A DNA stretch of 64,000 nt from Chara braunii (Eukaryota; Plantae; Charophyceae), in NCBI GenBank assembly GCA_003427395.1, contig BFEA01000020.1, positions 1,051,123-1,115,122 of the forward strand, given 5' to 3'. Below the pieces are notes generated by a model. It was not told the origin of the DNA. It was given only the letters and a program-made list of their open reading frames with translations, and searched no databases. The position numbers and the translations under genes were made by a program. Positions 39,191 to 52,424 of this stretch are shown here, piece after piece; position 1 is the stretch's first letter; every line of letters starts with the position of its first letter.

Positions 39191-40449
39191 GTAGTAGTCG
39201 ATGATCTAAGATGGTCGATTTTCATGTTTTCTCTGAATTTTTTTTCTTTAATACAAAACTTGCCAATGCGATCTCTCTTCTCAACTGTAGCCGCCCCTTG
39301 TGTTTTACTCGTCTCTCCTTTTTTTTTTCACTCTCTCTCTCTCTCTCTCTTCCGTTCATCCTCGCTGCTCTTTCTTTGTCGTCGTCATGTCTCCGTGTCT
39401 CTTCGCTTCTCTCTCTTTCCGTTTGTTTCCGTTTGGAATACTGCGATCAGTTAGTGATTTGGTGGAGGCTTTAGCTGTTCATTACGGTCTCGCATGTTGT
39501 GTCTTTTTTTTTCCCTTTTTTCTTTCCTTGTTCCTCCCCCTCCTTAATCCAATCCATCCCTCCGTAACGCAACGGCGCATTCTCTCTCTTTTTCTTTCTC
39601 GAGGAGCCCGCCAACCACTAACGGCCATCGAAGCAAATAGGTAGAATAGACACGGGAACGACCAGGTTTAGAGATTCTCAGAGTTGTATACGTACTTGCC
39701 TTGCCTTGTTAGCTGCGTTATGTGTTTTTGGCAGGAACCTGCTTCGGCTATTTCATATTGGTCGGCGGCGCTGTCACTTACAACACTACTATGTAGGACT
39801 TTTTTTGGGTACGTCACTGCAATCAGACTACTGTTCAGACTACTGTAGCCTCTGTGAGACTGTCATTTCTGTGCCAGTCCATCAATCAATCAATCAATCC
39901 ATTAATCAACTAACCAATTAATCAATCAATAGCATCAATCAATCAATCAATCAATCAATTTCAATCAGTAAATTAGTGAATCGATGAACAATGCAGAGTG
40001 TAAGGATGTCGAAGGAAATATATATAACGCTCTAAAGAGAGTGCGTGCTCTTTTCTTAACCTTCGCGCGGCGATGCGATGTGCATCATGATAGTTTTTTT
40101 TTTCTTTTTTTTATAAAACCATCATCTCAGTTTTGATGCCAATTATGAATTGACATCGATGTGTCTCGGGAGGGAAAGGAAGAGAGGATCTGAAGAAGTA
40201 GGGGGTGAGGGAAGGAGGGAGGGAGGGAGGCGGATGTCGGCCAGCAGGTCAAGGGGCATTTGGCAAGTTGTATGCGTCCTGTATCTCGTTGGTGGAGGAT
40301 TAATAATGGAGTTGCGTTCACGACAGTCTCTCTTTCTCTGTCTTTTCTTTTTCTCGCGGAAATTACGTTTTTACTTATTTCGATGATGGCATCTCCGATC
40401 CTGAGAAGAATGTGGTGACTATGGCCAATCCTCTCTCGCTCTCTTGCTG

Positions 40450-40517
<68 letters not shown>

Positions 40518-41028
40518 TCCCTCTCTGTCTCTGTCTCTTTTCCGATTTATGAGATTCATTATGTATGTTCCTCATGCTGCAAGTGCACTTTTTGTTTTCT
40601 AGTAGTTGGCGGATGTGTGTGGCTGGATCCCGCGCAACCGCGCATACGTGATGCACCTAAAACATAAAATCTGGCGTGTTTCGCTTCAGAGTTTCTCGTC
40701 TCTCCCTGTATTATTATTATTTATTAGTTCTCATAACTTCTCCATGCAGTCTTTTTCCGAAAACGCACTTTTTGTTCGGTAGCTGACGGTATATGCTTAT
40801 ATTATTACGGGGAAATTACGCGGGAGTCGCAAAAACGACTTGTACTTGCACTATGGGCCATTTACGGTGCCCGAAGTGCAATTGCAAATTGTATATTGTC
40901 CCGTAGTGCAATTATTATAACTCGTTTTCGTGACTCTACCGAAGTTACCCCTATTATTATTATTATTTCTCATAACTCTCCATGCACCTTCATTCGGTTC
41001 CGTTCTTTTCCCCTTTCTTTTGTCTGAA

Positions 41029-41048
41029 TGTGTGTGTGTGTGTGTGTG

Positions 41049-41118
<70 letters not shown>

Positions 41119-41185
41119 CCCCCCNNNNNNNNNNNNNNNNNNNNNNNNNNNNNNNNNNNNNNNNNNNNNNNNNNNNNNNNNNNNN

Positions 41186-41265
<80 letters not shown>
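41029..41265. repeat. (TG)n(GA)n microsatellite spanning a gap
   Basis: Seen directly. Confidence 0.99.
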
Positions 41266-41269
<4 letters not shown>

Positions 41270-41745
41270 TTTCAACAAGTGCACCTGTCAAGTTACTGGG
41301 GGAGAAGGGGGGTGATGACGAAAGCAGAATAAGGGGCGTATATTACCACTCTGCTGGTTGACACGAACGCAGAATAAGAGGCGATTGTAACCCGTCTGCG
41401 GGTTGATGTGTGTGGAAGGAACATCTTGCCACCTGTATCTATATCTGATTCGCCCCAAAATACGGGAGATGATGGTTGCACATGGGCTCTTTCTTCCTTT
41501 TTTTCCTGTTTTTTGGGGGAAACTTTTCTGTTTGTTTTAGAATTGGGCTCGATTTTCACTATGGATTGTTTAAGAATCGTTCTCCATCAGGTCGGTGAGG
41601 AGATTGTATGTATACAATCGGGTCGCGATGAGGAGGGAGGGCGGCGAAGAGAGCATGCTTTGGACCAATTGGGGACTTGGCCTGGAATTCCTGTTCTTCC
41701 CCCCCCCCCCCCCCACCCCCCGCTTTATTTTAAAAAGTGTAGTTC

Positions 41746-42058
41746 TTTGTTTCTTACGTAAGTGACACAATTCAGACTCATTTGAGGGCATGATATGATA
41801 AATACTTCCGTCGTTTGTTTCTTACGTAAGTGACACAATTCAGACTCATTTGAGGGCATGATATGATAAATACTTCCGTCGTTTGTTTCTTACGTAAGTG
41901 ACACAATTCAGACTCATTTGAGGGCATGATATGATAAATACTTCCGTCGTAAGTGACACAATTCAGACTCATTTGAGGNCATGATATGATAAATACTTCC
42001 GTCATAAGTGACACAATTCAGACTCATTTGAGTTCATGATATGATAAATACTTCCGTC
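41746..42058. repeat. Near-perfect tandem repeat, periods 68, 68, 55, 55 bp
   Basis: TAAGTGACACAATTCAGACTCATTTGAG at 41759, 41827, 41895, 41950 and 42005. Confidence 0.95.
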
Positions 42059-43500
42059 GGTGGTCGTCAATGTAGTCATATCAACCAGAAACATCCAGAA
42101 GCTCCAGAAAACGGTGTAGGGAGATGAGGGGGAAACGGTGGTGGAAAAGTGCGACCAAGGGCATGCTACTCTCACACAACTTTTTGACTTACACCGTCAG
42201 AGACCGTTAGGTACCGTTAGATACATCCAGGTAAGTTCTACATCCATGTAAGTTCCAGTATGAGAGGGACTCGCAACACTAGGACTTTTCTGGACGGCGA
42301 ACGCAGCTGTGGACGAGATTGCTGTCAGACGCATTCAGCTCCGGACTGATGTCGGATACATTTGGGAAAGTGCTAGCGTGAGCTTGCCCTGTGTGCGTCT
42401 CAAGGGCCTCTGTCCACTATTCTAGACTCCCGAAGTTTCGAGAGTAACGCCTCGCTCCACTTACTCTAGACTGGAACTCGTGACAACACCCTTAGAGAGC
42501 TGTCAGAAAGCACTCTCGAAGGGTACTCTCGATTTGTATCGAGTTCACAGCCTGCAACGCTCAGGTTTTCTAGGTCCTCCTGCTATCTCAAAGGGCGCTC
42601 ACGATTTGTATAGAGTTCACAGCCTGCAATGCTCAGGTTTTCTAGCGTCCTCCTTCCTAATCCCACTCCGGCCTCCTTTTTTGCGAGTGTGCCTCCTGGC
42701 CCGACCATCAGAAAGAGCTGGCGCTGTCATCTAGCGCTGTAGAAGGGCTGTCATGTAGCGCTGAGAAATTTGCGAGTGCTTCTATTGTTCTTGAGGCCTC
42801 CTGCCCCGACCATCAGAACCACCTGGCGCTGTCATCTTTTTTTTTTTTACAAAAAACAACCCGAACGGTTGCTAGAGGTGCTGATAAAAGCAGACACCAC
42901 CAGCACCTTCGGAGAGGCTCCATCTATTAGTGGGGAGTAGCGCTTGCTGGAAATCGGGTCCAGCGTCCCTGTAGAGTACAATGTAAAAAATGCATGTTTT
43001 GGGATAGTAATCTATTGACTGTCTTAGTTATGTCTTTCCAGTGGTTGTCTTGCGTTGTTGTGACTATAACTATGTATGTGGTATTGAACTATTTACAGTT
43101 TGCAGTTTCTATTGTCCGTTGTATATACTGTGTATGTTACAGCGTTGTGCAGGTATGGTTGCTGTGATTTGTAGGTTGTGGATTTTGAGTTGTGATCTAG
43201 CGCTATAGAAGGGCTTGTGCAGGTATGGTTGCCGTGATTTGTAGGTTGTGGATTGTGAGTTGTGAGTTGTGATCTAGCGCTGCAGAAGGGCTGTAAGGTA
43301 GCGCTGAGAAATTCGTGAGTGCTTCTATTGTTCTCGAGTCTGGAGTAAGTGGAGCAATGTTTCTTTTTCAAGAGTTTTTGACCTCTGACAGCTCTAGAAG
43401 CACTCACAGCTCTAGAGGCACTCACAATTTTTTTTGTGTCTAGTGTAGTGGAGCGAGACCCAAGGTTGAGGATAAGTTTTCTTCTTTCTCCTCTTCTTTT

Positions 43501-43714
43501 TTAAACCACCAGTACTTGGCCCAGCTATCGGCCGCGGCGCTTCCCCGTTAACGTGCCGTGCCTTTAGGGCTTCGGGGTACCGGACCACAATGGCTGGAAG
43601 CGCCAGCCAAAAACAAAACAAAACAAAACGGTACCCCGGCGCTTTGGCAAACATCAGCGCGCAGGGGCATTCCAGGCTCGGCATCGACAGCTGGGCCAAG
43701 TACTGGTGGTTTAA
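43501..43714. mobile_element. MITE with ~30-bp TIR (AAACCACCAGTAC family)
   Basis: TTAAACCACCAGTACTTGGCCCAGCT / AGCTGGGCCAAGTACTGGTGGTTTAA. Confidence 0.8.
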
Positions 43715-43852
43715 AAGGGCGACGGCCTTGAGATATCATCATTGAGCTGACTGGCCCCACACAATTCAGAAGTATTTGGTTTTTACTTCCTTCATCTGGA
43801 TTTGAACTCCGGTCTGCATCTCAACAGTTCATGGGTATGCCCTCTGAGCCAA

Positions 43853-44260
43853 GGGCCTCGTTCGACACCACTTGAACTCAAGGGTTGACGGAAAATTCTT
43901 CGTTCCACCCGTCTCTAATGACCCCGCCCTAATGTTTTCACTTTCCTGCTCTCTCAAGTGTGCATCGTTGAAACTCAAGTGCGGCTGGGGCAAAATCGCA
44001 CTTGTGGTACCTGAGTTCAAGGGCCAGCGGATACCGCCAGCACTCCAAGTGGGCTTTTTTTTCGGTTTTTCTTTTTCCCCCCAGCAGGCGATCCTGGTCC
44101 AGTATTGGTCAGCAAGCCGTGGAGTTCGGTTTCAAGTGCAGCGATCCTGTTCAAGGGTTTCCTCGAGTGCACATGGAACCATAAATGGAGTAAGTGTAAA
44201 TTGATCACAATTTGTCGTTTAGTGTGCAAACGTATTTTCAAGCGGTGTCGAACGAGTCTC
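43853..44260. mobile_element. Second copy of the same Harbinger-like MITE
   Basis: TIR GGGCCTCGTTCGACACCACTTGAA / TTCAAGCGGTGTCGAACGAGTCTC, flanks CAA/TAA, internal similarity to 48699-49152. Confidence 0.85.
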
Positions 44261-45135
44261 TAAGGCTCTTGGGCGAGGAGAAGTTTTGATGGAACAAGTA
44301 TGCAAAGGAAAAAGCGAGGTTTCGGTGAAAAAAGAGAGAGAAAAGTTTTGGAGAGGGAAAGAAAAGAGGGATGCCGACCAACTGGCCTGGGTCAGTTGTT
44401 AAACCCCTGAGCTGTTTAAAGTACAGACTCAAGCTTGAGCTTCCCTGGAAGCAGTTGAGTGAAATAATTCAATTCTGAATTATGGAACGGCTGGTTAGTT
44501 TGATGATGATATCTCAAGGCCGTCAGATGTATGCCGTGGGGACCAAGAGGGGGAAAACAAAAAACACACTCACCACATGCACAAACGACAAAATATGGCC
44601 GTGCATCTTTCCAATGTTCTAGCGGCAGAGTCATTCTCATTTGGCAAATTTGGTGAGGTGTGGCAAATTTGGTGAGGTGTATCCTTCCATGTTCTAGCAG
44701 CAGATTCAGGGCATACTCACACTGCGACCCCAAATCCGCACATTATGTGAATCCGATTTGCGGTTTTAGGCACGCGGGTGGTCACACTGCGTTACAATTA
44801 CTAAGAGGATAGGGAATTGGTGCTTCGCTGGTCACACATACCCGGCCGTGAAATCTACCAATTATATTCCCCCCCCCCCTTCTTTTTCCCTGCGTTCCGC
44901 ACATCCGCACACCTCAACATTGGCCTGTACATGTCAAGAACTTTCGAGAATGAATTTTGGCAAATTTTCAAAGAAGATTCGAAAAAATAAAAGGGTCCCT
45001 TGCCCTGCGGCTTTCCAGGCTGCTGACAAATGGGCACTTGAATAGTACATTTGGTACTTCGGCAAGTCTGTGTGACCGACCCTCTAGCCTTTTTCTTGAG
45101 AATTTGGGATTATAGTTCCCAGCGTCTCATTCTCA

Positions 45136-45667
45136 GGGCATACTCACATGAGGAGGACCAAATGACCTTAAAATGATAAATCCCAAAATTTGAGTCAGTT
45201 TTCAGGTCACACACAACAGGCCCGCTACCCAAATGTCTCAAACGGTGACCCTTTTGTCAGCGGCCTGCGGGGCAGTGGGAGGACCCTTTTTTGAGACTCA
45301 AATGACCTTTTGAACTTTCCCCGCAATCTTACCTTATTGCAAGAAGTCGTGGACAAAGAAAACAGCCTGCCAGAAAAAGACAAAAAAGATGGACTATCTA
45401 TGTTCTAGCAGTGGATTCAGTCTCATTTTGCACATTTGGAGAGTAGTGCAGCTACGTCGTTTAAAAAAAAAAGAAACTCCATCTACTCTGTTAGTCCTCA
45501 CCAGTGTGACTACCAACACTTGCCCCGAGGGTGAAGTGTGAGGGCTGCGATTTCGCCATTTCTGGACGCAGTCCGCCCGTGTGACCACACGAGGACCAAA
45601 AGTCCCAAATAGGCCTACCCAAATGCCTCAAGATTTTGAGACTTTCTGTCCTCGTGTGAGTATGCCC
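45136..45667. mobile_element. Harbinger-like MITE, family 2
   Basis: TIR GGGCATACTCACA / TGTGAGTATGCCC with 3-bp TSD TCA. Confidence 0.8.
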
Positions 45668-47396
45668 TCACTTTGCAAATTTGGTGAGTAAGGGCCTGAC
45701 CCCACTTCTTATAGGCGAGGCATATTTTTTTTGGTAAAATTTGGGATCCCACCTCTTTCCGTGAGAGCAGGAGTTGGCCCTGTTTTTACAAAGAAGTGGA
45801 AACAGACCATTACGTGGCAGTGCGAGCACTATTTGAGGACCGGTAGTTCTTTCAAAAATAAAAAGACGCCAACCCGTACCCTGCACCGTTAAAGAAGGTG
45901 CCCTTGTTTTTTTCTTCCTTCTTTTTTGTTTTCCTGATGTGCAGGCCGTTGGATCCTCGAGGCGCCACAAGATAGGGCGTCGTTAGACACTCCTCGGGGA
46001 CGCGAAATCCCCAAGGAATTGTTCGTTCCACCTATCCTCGGGCATGCAATCCGAAAAAAAAAAGTGAAAATGCTCGTAAGGAAATTCCTCAGGCATTAGG
46101 AATTTCCCCACCCATTTCTTCCTTGTGCCCAAGGGAGGGACCTCGCGAGGTCCCTTGGGCACAAGGAATCCACGTTTCACGGAGAGGAGAGGCACACGGG
46201 TAGATAGACGTTACAGCTGAGAATCTGGATCGTGGCGGCACCCTCCCTATTGGCTGAAGGCCTGAAGCACAACTGTTTTTTTTTTTCTTCTGACATCAGT
46301 CTTAGGAAATGTCCGGACACGACGTCCCCGAGGACAGGTGGAACGAAGAGCACAAATTCCGTTACGAGCCACAAGGAAAATTCTTTGTGGCGCAAGGAAC
46401 TCGTAAGGAGTGTCTAACGACGCCCATAGTGCCGCTCCGCTGGGAAAAGTCGCGCAGAAGTAGGGCATGTGGGGTTGCGTTTTCTTGGGGTTGTGTTTTC
46501 TTTCACGTTCCGTGCGCTGCGCCTCCACCTTTCGCGACACTTTTACGTTCTTTCGAAAAAGAAAAGAAGTGGGATCAGGCCCTAAGGGTGGGAGGCCCTG
46601 AATCTTCTGCCAGAACATGGAGAGATGCACCACGATGAATATGACCGCTGTGGAAGGATGAAATGTGTAGATAGCTAAATGGTCCCTTAGTTGGATACTA
46701 GGCACGCAAGTGGCATTCGCCTGATTGTGTCCATTTTCTGTTTTTGTCATTTCTATGGGTGCCAGCTGTTCGAAAGCCAGCCACTCTCCACATGCCTCTC
46801 CACATGCGCAGATAACAAATTATATGGGAATGTATCTTTCCATGTTCCCGCAGAATATTCAGTCTCGTTATACACATTTTGTGATTAGCGAAGCGAAGCC
46901 CTGTGACACACATCAATGGACATATGAACTACTACTCAAATGTGCAAAATTACACTGAATCCTCCGCTGGAACATGGAAAGATAAATTTCCTGTATCTTT
47001 TGTCTTTTACGCATGTGGAGAGTAGCGGAGCGCCTGGCCCCTGACAAAAATGGATCTGTACCCTATTTAAAGATGGGAAAAACTGTACCCTATTTAAAGA
47101 TGGGAAAACCCGCTATACCCAGTCCTGGTGCCCAACTTGCATCTGCACCCGGGAAATGGTCTCCGCAAATTATTTGCATGCCCAGGATGGAGGTGGGCCA
47201 AGGTTGGTCCCGCCAATTTGCAGTTATACCCAACTCCGGAATGCTCAAATTATGCTCATGCCCGGGCAAATTGTGTGCATACCCAATTTTGCCTGCCGGG
47301 TTCCTGGGCATAAGCATAATTTTGTGCTCCCGAACCAAGGCCCTGTGGAGCTGGGTATGTGTATAAGTTGGCTCGTGGGAAAAGAGGGGTATGACC

Positions 47397-47594
47397 TTAA
47401 ACCACCAGTACCTTTCTCAGCTATCAACGCCGAGCCGAAAACTGCCCTGCGCGCCAAAGAAAAACGAACTGATGCGGGCCTCATTTTGGCTGGCACCACC
47501 AGCCATTTCACGCCGGTAGTCGCGGGCCTGCCCGCCTCCCGTGTTAACCGGCGGGCATTTGTTTTTCAAGCAGAGAAAGGTACTGGTGGTTTGA
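47397..47594. mobile_element. MITE, AAACCACCAGTAC family
   Basis: AAACCACCAGTACCTTTCTC / GAGAAAGGTACTGGTGGTTT. Another terminus starts immediately after it, and further ends lie at ~53030 and 54500-54810. Confidence 0.75.
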
Positions 47595-48531
47595 ACCACC
47601 AGTACCTTTCCCCGCTTGGAAAAAAAAAATGCATCGGTTAACACGGGCGTTGGGGAATTCCTGGCACTGCAACGGAGAACGAAATCAGTGGGACGAAGGA
47701 AAACAGGCAAATGGACAACATGACTCGGACTGCCTGGTTGACTCAGCGAGGCCTGTAAATGAATGGGAGAATTGACTTGAAAAGCGTGCATGTGTTTCCA
47801 CATGCACGTGCACACTATGGGGCTCGCTGCACTATAGATTCAAGCTTTTTCTTGAGTGCGGCATGGCTGCACTTACTCAAGAAATGGGCGCTCGAAAACC
47901 TGTTCTAGAGGTGTCAGAACGACTCTAGAAAAGTAATAGAGTCGTCATCGCTCCACTTACTCGATAAGTTTGGTCTAGATTTTTCATTTCCTGAGCTGTC
48001 AGAGTGGAGCACCAGCCTGCAAAGGCGTTTTTTTTTACGGAGGTCCGGAGGACCCTTGAAACGCCTCGGTTTTCCTCGAGTGGCCTTGAGTCTGGACGGA
48101 CAACCCAGGCTGGTGCTGTCCTGTAGTGAAATGGCCGAACTCGGAAAGTGACGGAGCAACTCTAGTAGCTTTTCTAGAGTCTAGAGCTAGTGCGGCGATG
48201 CATAGATTTTAGGACTTCTCGTGACTCTGACAACTCTAGAATGTCTCTAGATTTCTTTCACGAGGCTAGAGTAGTGCAGCGAACCCCTATACCTCAGCCA
48301 GCAAAAAAAAAGAAAACAAATGACAAATGGAAACTGCCAAAAAAGAAAGAGAACAGGTAAACGTCCACTCATAACGTCCACTCAGATCCCGCTGCTCATG
48401 GGGGAGCGAAAAGTTCTTGACATGCTTGCTGTCAGATTCGTCCAGGTATGGCCATACTTGCACCTCACATGTGGGCGAGTCTGACTGCAACCACGTCCAG
48501 AATAGATGGTTCAAGAGAACGCCCTGTGAGT

Positions 48532-48581
<50 letters not shown>

Positions 48582-48698
48582 CACTTTTTTTTTTTTTTTT
48601 TTTTTTTTAAACTAGGCTATATTCTTCTCTCAAATATTTCATCATCCTTCATATTCTTTCAATTCACCTTCACTACCTACCTCTACCACTACTCGTAA

Positions 48699-49152
48699 GG
48701 GCCTCGTTCCACACCACTTGAGTTCAAGAGCTGAGCGGAAAATCATCGTTCCAGCACCCCCCTTAGAGAGACCCGCTTTGTTTTCACCTTTTTGCGTCCC
48801 AAGGGTGTGCCCTTGAAACTCAAGGGCGACACAGCCCAAAAACAATCGCCCTTGAATTCAAGTCACCACCCGGAGGTACCTTGAGTTCAAGTGCCAGCGG
48901 ATACCGCCAGCACTCCAAGTGGGCCTTTTTTAAAGTTTTTTTTGGTTTTTCTTTTTTTTCCAGCAGGCGATCCTGGTCCAGGATTGGTCAAGACGTGGAG
49001 TTCGATTTCAACTTTCAAGTGCAGCGATCCTGTTCAAGGGTTTCCTCAAGTGTACATGGAACCATAAATCGATTAAGTGTAAATTAATCACAATTTCTCG
49101 TTTAGTGTGCACTTCAAACTCAAGTCTTTTCCAGTAGTGTTGAACGAGGCTC
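48699..49152. mobile_element. PIF/Harbinger (Tourist-like) MITE
   Basis: TIR GGGCCTCGTTC..CACCACT / AGTAGTGTTGAACGAGGCTC with TAA on both sides. Confidence 0.85.
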
Positions 49153-50987
49153 TAAGACTTATACAGGGGTCCCCTTTTATTTTTTTTCTGGCCCGTAGCC
49201 GAGGGCCTACTCACACTAGGAGCGAGATCCCACTAGCCATGTATGTGGATTAGTGCGACGGGTGGGGGACAGGTGGGTGGCAGCGTGAAATAGGGAAAAT
49301 AAACGCAAAAAAAGACATTTCATGACCAAACAAATGAATGAAAAACTGCTAAAAAAGAAAAGAAAGTGCTCTTCTCACAGCTGGTGTCTGCTCCAGGCGG
49401 GGTGTCAGATGTCAAGGTATGATTCACTGGCCATGGCTGTGGCAGTCAAGACGGCTGCATGTGAGTGGGCACACGGACCATATTCATTGGCTTCCTTGAA
49501 ATAGGCTGCAGTGCACGCTGTTTGGTTGTTCTGACAGTAATTCTCTTTGGCAAAGGAGGGCAAGAGTAACTCCATACACCATTTGCTCTAGGTGAGGGGA
49601 TAGAACCCTCCCAAACACCTCCCAAACCACAATCAATTTTCAGCAATGAAGCCATTCGTCTTTGCCTTCGCCGTGAGTGAAACGTGTGTGATTTCACAAA
49701 GCAAAAAACTTGGTTGTGATTTCATGCACGTTTGGGACAGCCACAGGACCCCAACAACAAAAACAAAAGAAAAACCTAGTTAGTATGGTCTCCACTTTAC
49801 GAATTGGTGGCAAGTTTGATTAAAATGACCCTTTGGTTTTCATATAAATGGCATGGCAAGTGGTCTGAAAATTAGGGTCTCCGTTAACCTTCTCTCCACT
49901 ACTCACCAAATGTGCAAAATGAAAAAAAAAGGAAAAAAAAAAAAGGAAAAAAAGAAAAAAAAGAAAAAAAGAGAATGAATATTCTGCCGGAAGATGGAAA
50001 GATATTCCTATTGTCTTTTCTGCACGTGGTGAGTAGTGAAAGAGGGCCTAAGTCATTTCTCACACAGCTCTGGACGCGATTGGAGTCAGATTCATTCACG
50101 GGCCTCCCTCCACTACTCACCACATGCACAAAAGACCAAAAATATGGCGGCGTACCTGCCTATATTGTAGAAGAAGATTCATTCTCATTTTACACATTAG
50201 TTGAGTAGTGCAGGGATGCCCAATGTCTCTTCCCTTTCTTGTCTCACGTCCAGAAGCGGGCTGCTGCCGGCACTGAGGACACGGTATGTGCTTTTTTCTT
50301 CCCTTTTTTGTGGAAATGGGCTGCTGACAGCACTTACGAGACATTATGTGCTTTTTACTTCTTTTTTTTTCTTTCTTTCTTTCTTGGGATAATTTACAAA
50401 ATACCCCTATAAGTTGAGATATATGATGAAAAGCTCACACCCCCAATGGTCCATGCGGAAACCAAGTACTCGATGAAACAGATGCTTTCTCGACAAAGGC
50501 TTCTTGGCGAAGGCTCTCAAAAGGTTCCACACACACTGAGCCCGGTTCACGGGTCCGTTGGCAATGTCTGCTGACTCTGGCCGCATTCCTGAGTTGAAAT
50601 TTTCAGCCATTTTTCTGTTGACTCTTCTAGGCTTCGCTGTCTATCTGTGTGTTTTCTCACAATTGTGTGTTCAGTTCCCTCACCCTTCTAATGCACCTCC
50701 ACCGTATTGCCAATCGCGACGCTGGTATGAGTCCTTGGAACGGTGTGTCCAGTTTTCTTACCCTTCTTTCCTCCTAGACGAGTGATAGTCATGAACGATA
50801 GTGTAACTGCCGTTGTGTGTGGACTCATTCCTCGTTTGACGTAGGCGGTACCGGCTGAGTCGTTCGAAGTCTCTGCCGTTGCCTCAGGCTTGGCAGCTTC
50901 GCCCTGGTAAGCTTGCCCATCTCCATCTCCCCCCGCCATTCCTCCAATTCTTCTCCTTTGCCCTCTCCGACATCCTCCTGCCCGCCA

Positions 50988-51062
<75 letters not shown>

Positions 51063-51110
51063 CACACACACGCACACACGCACACACGCACACACGCACA
51101 CATGCACACA

Positions 51111-52160
51111 ATCAGTTTTAGGTATGTTTGTTTTTCCTCTCTTATTGTTTCTTACTTTTTGTGTCTCTAGCCGAGCACCCTCTAGCAGTGCTAAACAGTC
51201 GGTGGTTCCTCATTTGGAGTGCCAACTGCACTCTTAGGGGGGCCGCTCGGTTCGGGATGTCTGTGTTGCCTGTCGCCGCTGTCGGTGATGACGGATGGTC
51301 GTCGGAGTGTCTCCCTGGCTCAGCGGGTGGTGGGAACCAACAGTCTGCAGGGTTCAATCGTGATGTGAGTAGGTCATGTGCTGCTTTGCTCCGTGTTGGA
51401 TGTGGACGTCCTCGTCTGCGCTCCGCTGTTGCCCTGCTGCCTGTCCTGCGTGCTGCAGTCGTTTTTGGCGTTGTGCAGCCTTGTTGCCTCTACTGTGTTG
51501 CCTGGTGCTTCACAGGGTTGCTGCTCGCTGCTATGTTCCGCTTGGGGACAGTCTGCCTTCAACAAAGGTCAAAGGGTTCATGACCCAAACCATCAAATAC
51601 GGAGATTCCGCAGATTGTCGAGGGTTCAGCCTCCTGATGAGTCGGTGCAACTCCGACGAAACAATCTTGTCATCATCAGTTTATTTTTTTTGGTCTTCCG
51701 ATTTACTTGGGACTTGTACTTGTTTATTTATTTATTATTATTATGATTATTTTTTTTTTTTCCGGTTTGCTTGACTTGGTGTGCTTGTGTCCCTGTTTCG
51801 TGTTCTTGCATGTTGTCTGCCCTCCTGCCTCCCCCGTGCCCTCCAGCCTATGCCTTGATGTCCTTTTGCTTGCTTTGCTCTGATGCTTTTCTTGTTTGCC
51901 TGGTCTTGGCATTCTTTTGGGACTTGTTTGTTTTGCTTTTTCGGTTTGCCTGCTGGTGTGCTTGCACGTTGTCTGCCCTCCCGCTTCGCCCATGCCTTTT
52001 GTTTGGCACTTTGGAAAGCTGATCATGGATAACCACGTATGTACGAGGTAGCTCCAATGAGTTAGTAGAGTGGCAGCATACAGTGTTAGTTTGGTTGCGG
52101 CAGGGTGGGGTGTACCATGGGTTCCATGGGGTGCATGGCGAGTACGCCATGGGATGTATT

Positions 52161-52162
<2 letters not shown>
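51111..52162 (+). mobile_element. Candidate non-autonomous hammerhead-bearing retroelement between (CA)n tracts
   Basis: Flanked by (TC)n-AA-(AC)n at 50992-51110 and (AC)n from 52163. Has a central hammerhead, a 3' hairpin CATGGCG-agta-CGCCATG (52134-52151), and no credible ORF. Confidence 0.55.
51612..51667 (+). ncRNA. Type III hammerhead ribozyme
   Basis: AGAUUGU-C-GAGG(guucag)CCUC-CUGAUGA-GUCGG(ugcaacu)CCGAC-GAA-ACAAUCU. All three stems pair perfectly, the core is intact, and the GUC triplet predicts cleavage after 51619. Confidence 0.92.
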
Positions 52163-52200
<38 letters not shown>

Positions 52201-52359
52201 GCACACGCACCCACACNNNNNNNNNNNNNNNNNNNNNNNNNNNNNNNNNNNNNNNNNNNNNNNNNNNNNNNNNNNNNNNNNNNNNNNNNNNNNNNNNNNN
52301 NNNNNNNNNNNNNNNNNNNNNNNNNNNNNNNNNNNNNNNNNNNNNNNNNNNNNNNNNNN

Positions 52360-52422
<63 letters not shown>
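52163..52422. repeat. (AC)n microsatellite spanning a gap
   Basis: Seen directly. Confidence 0.99.
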
Positions 52423-52424
<2 letters not shown>

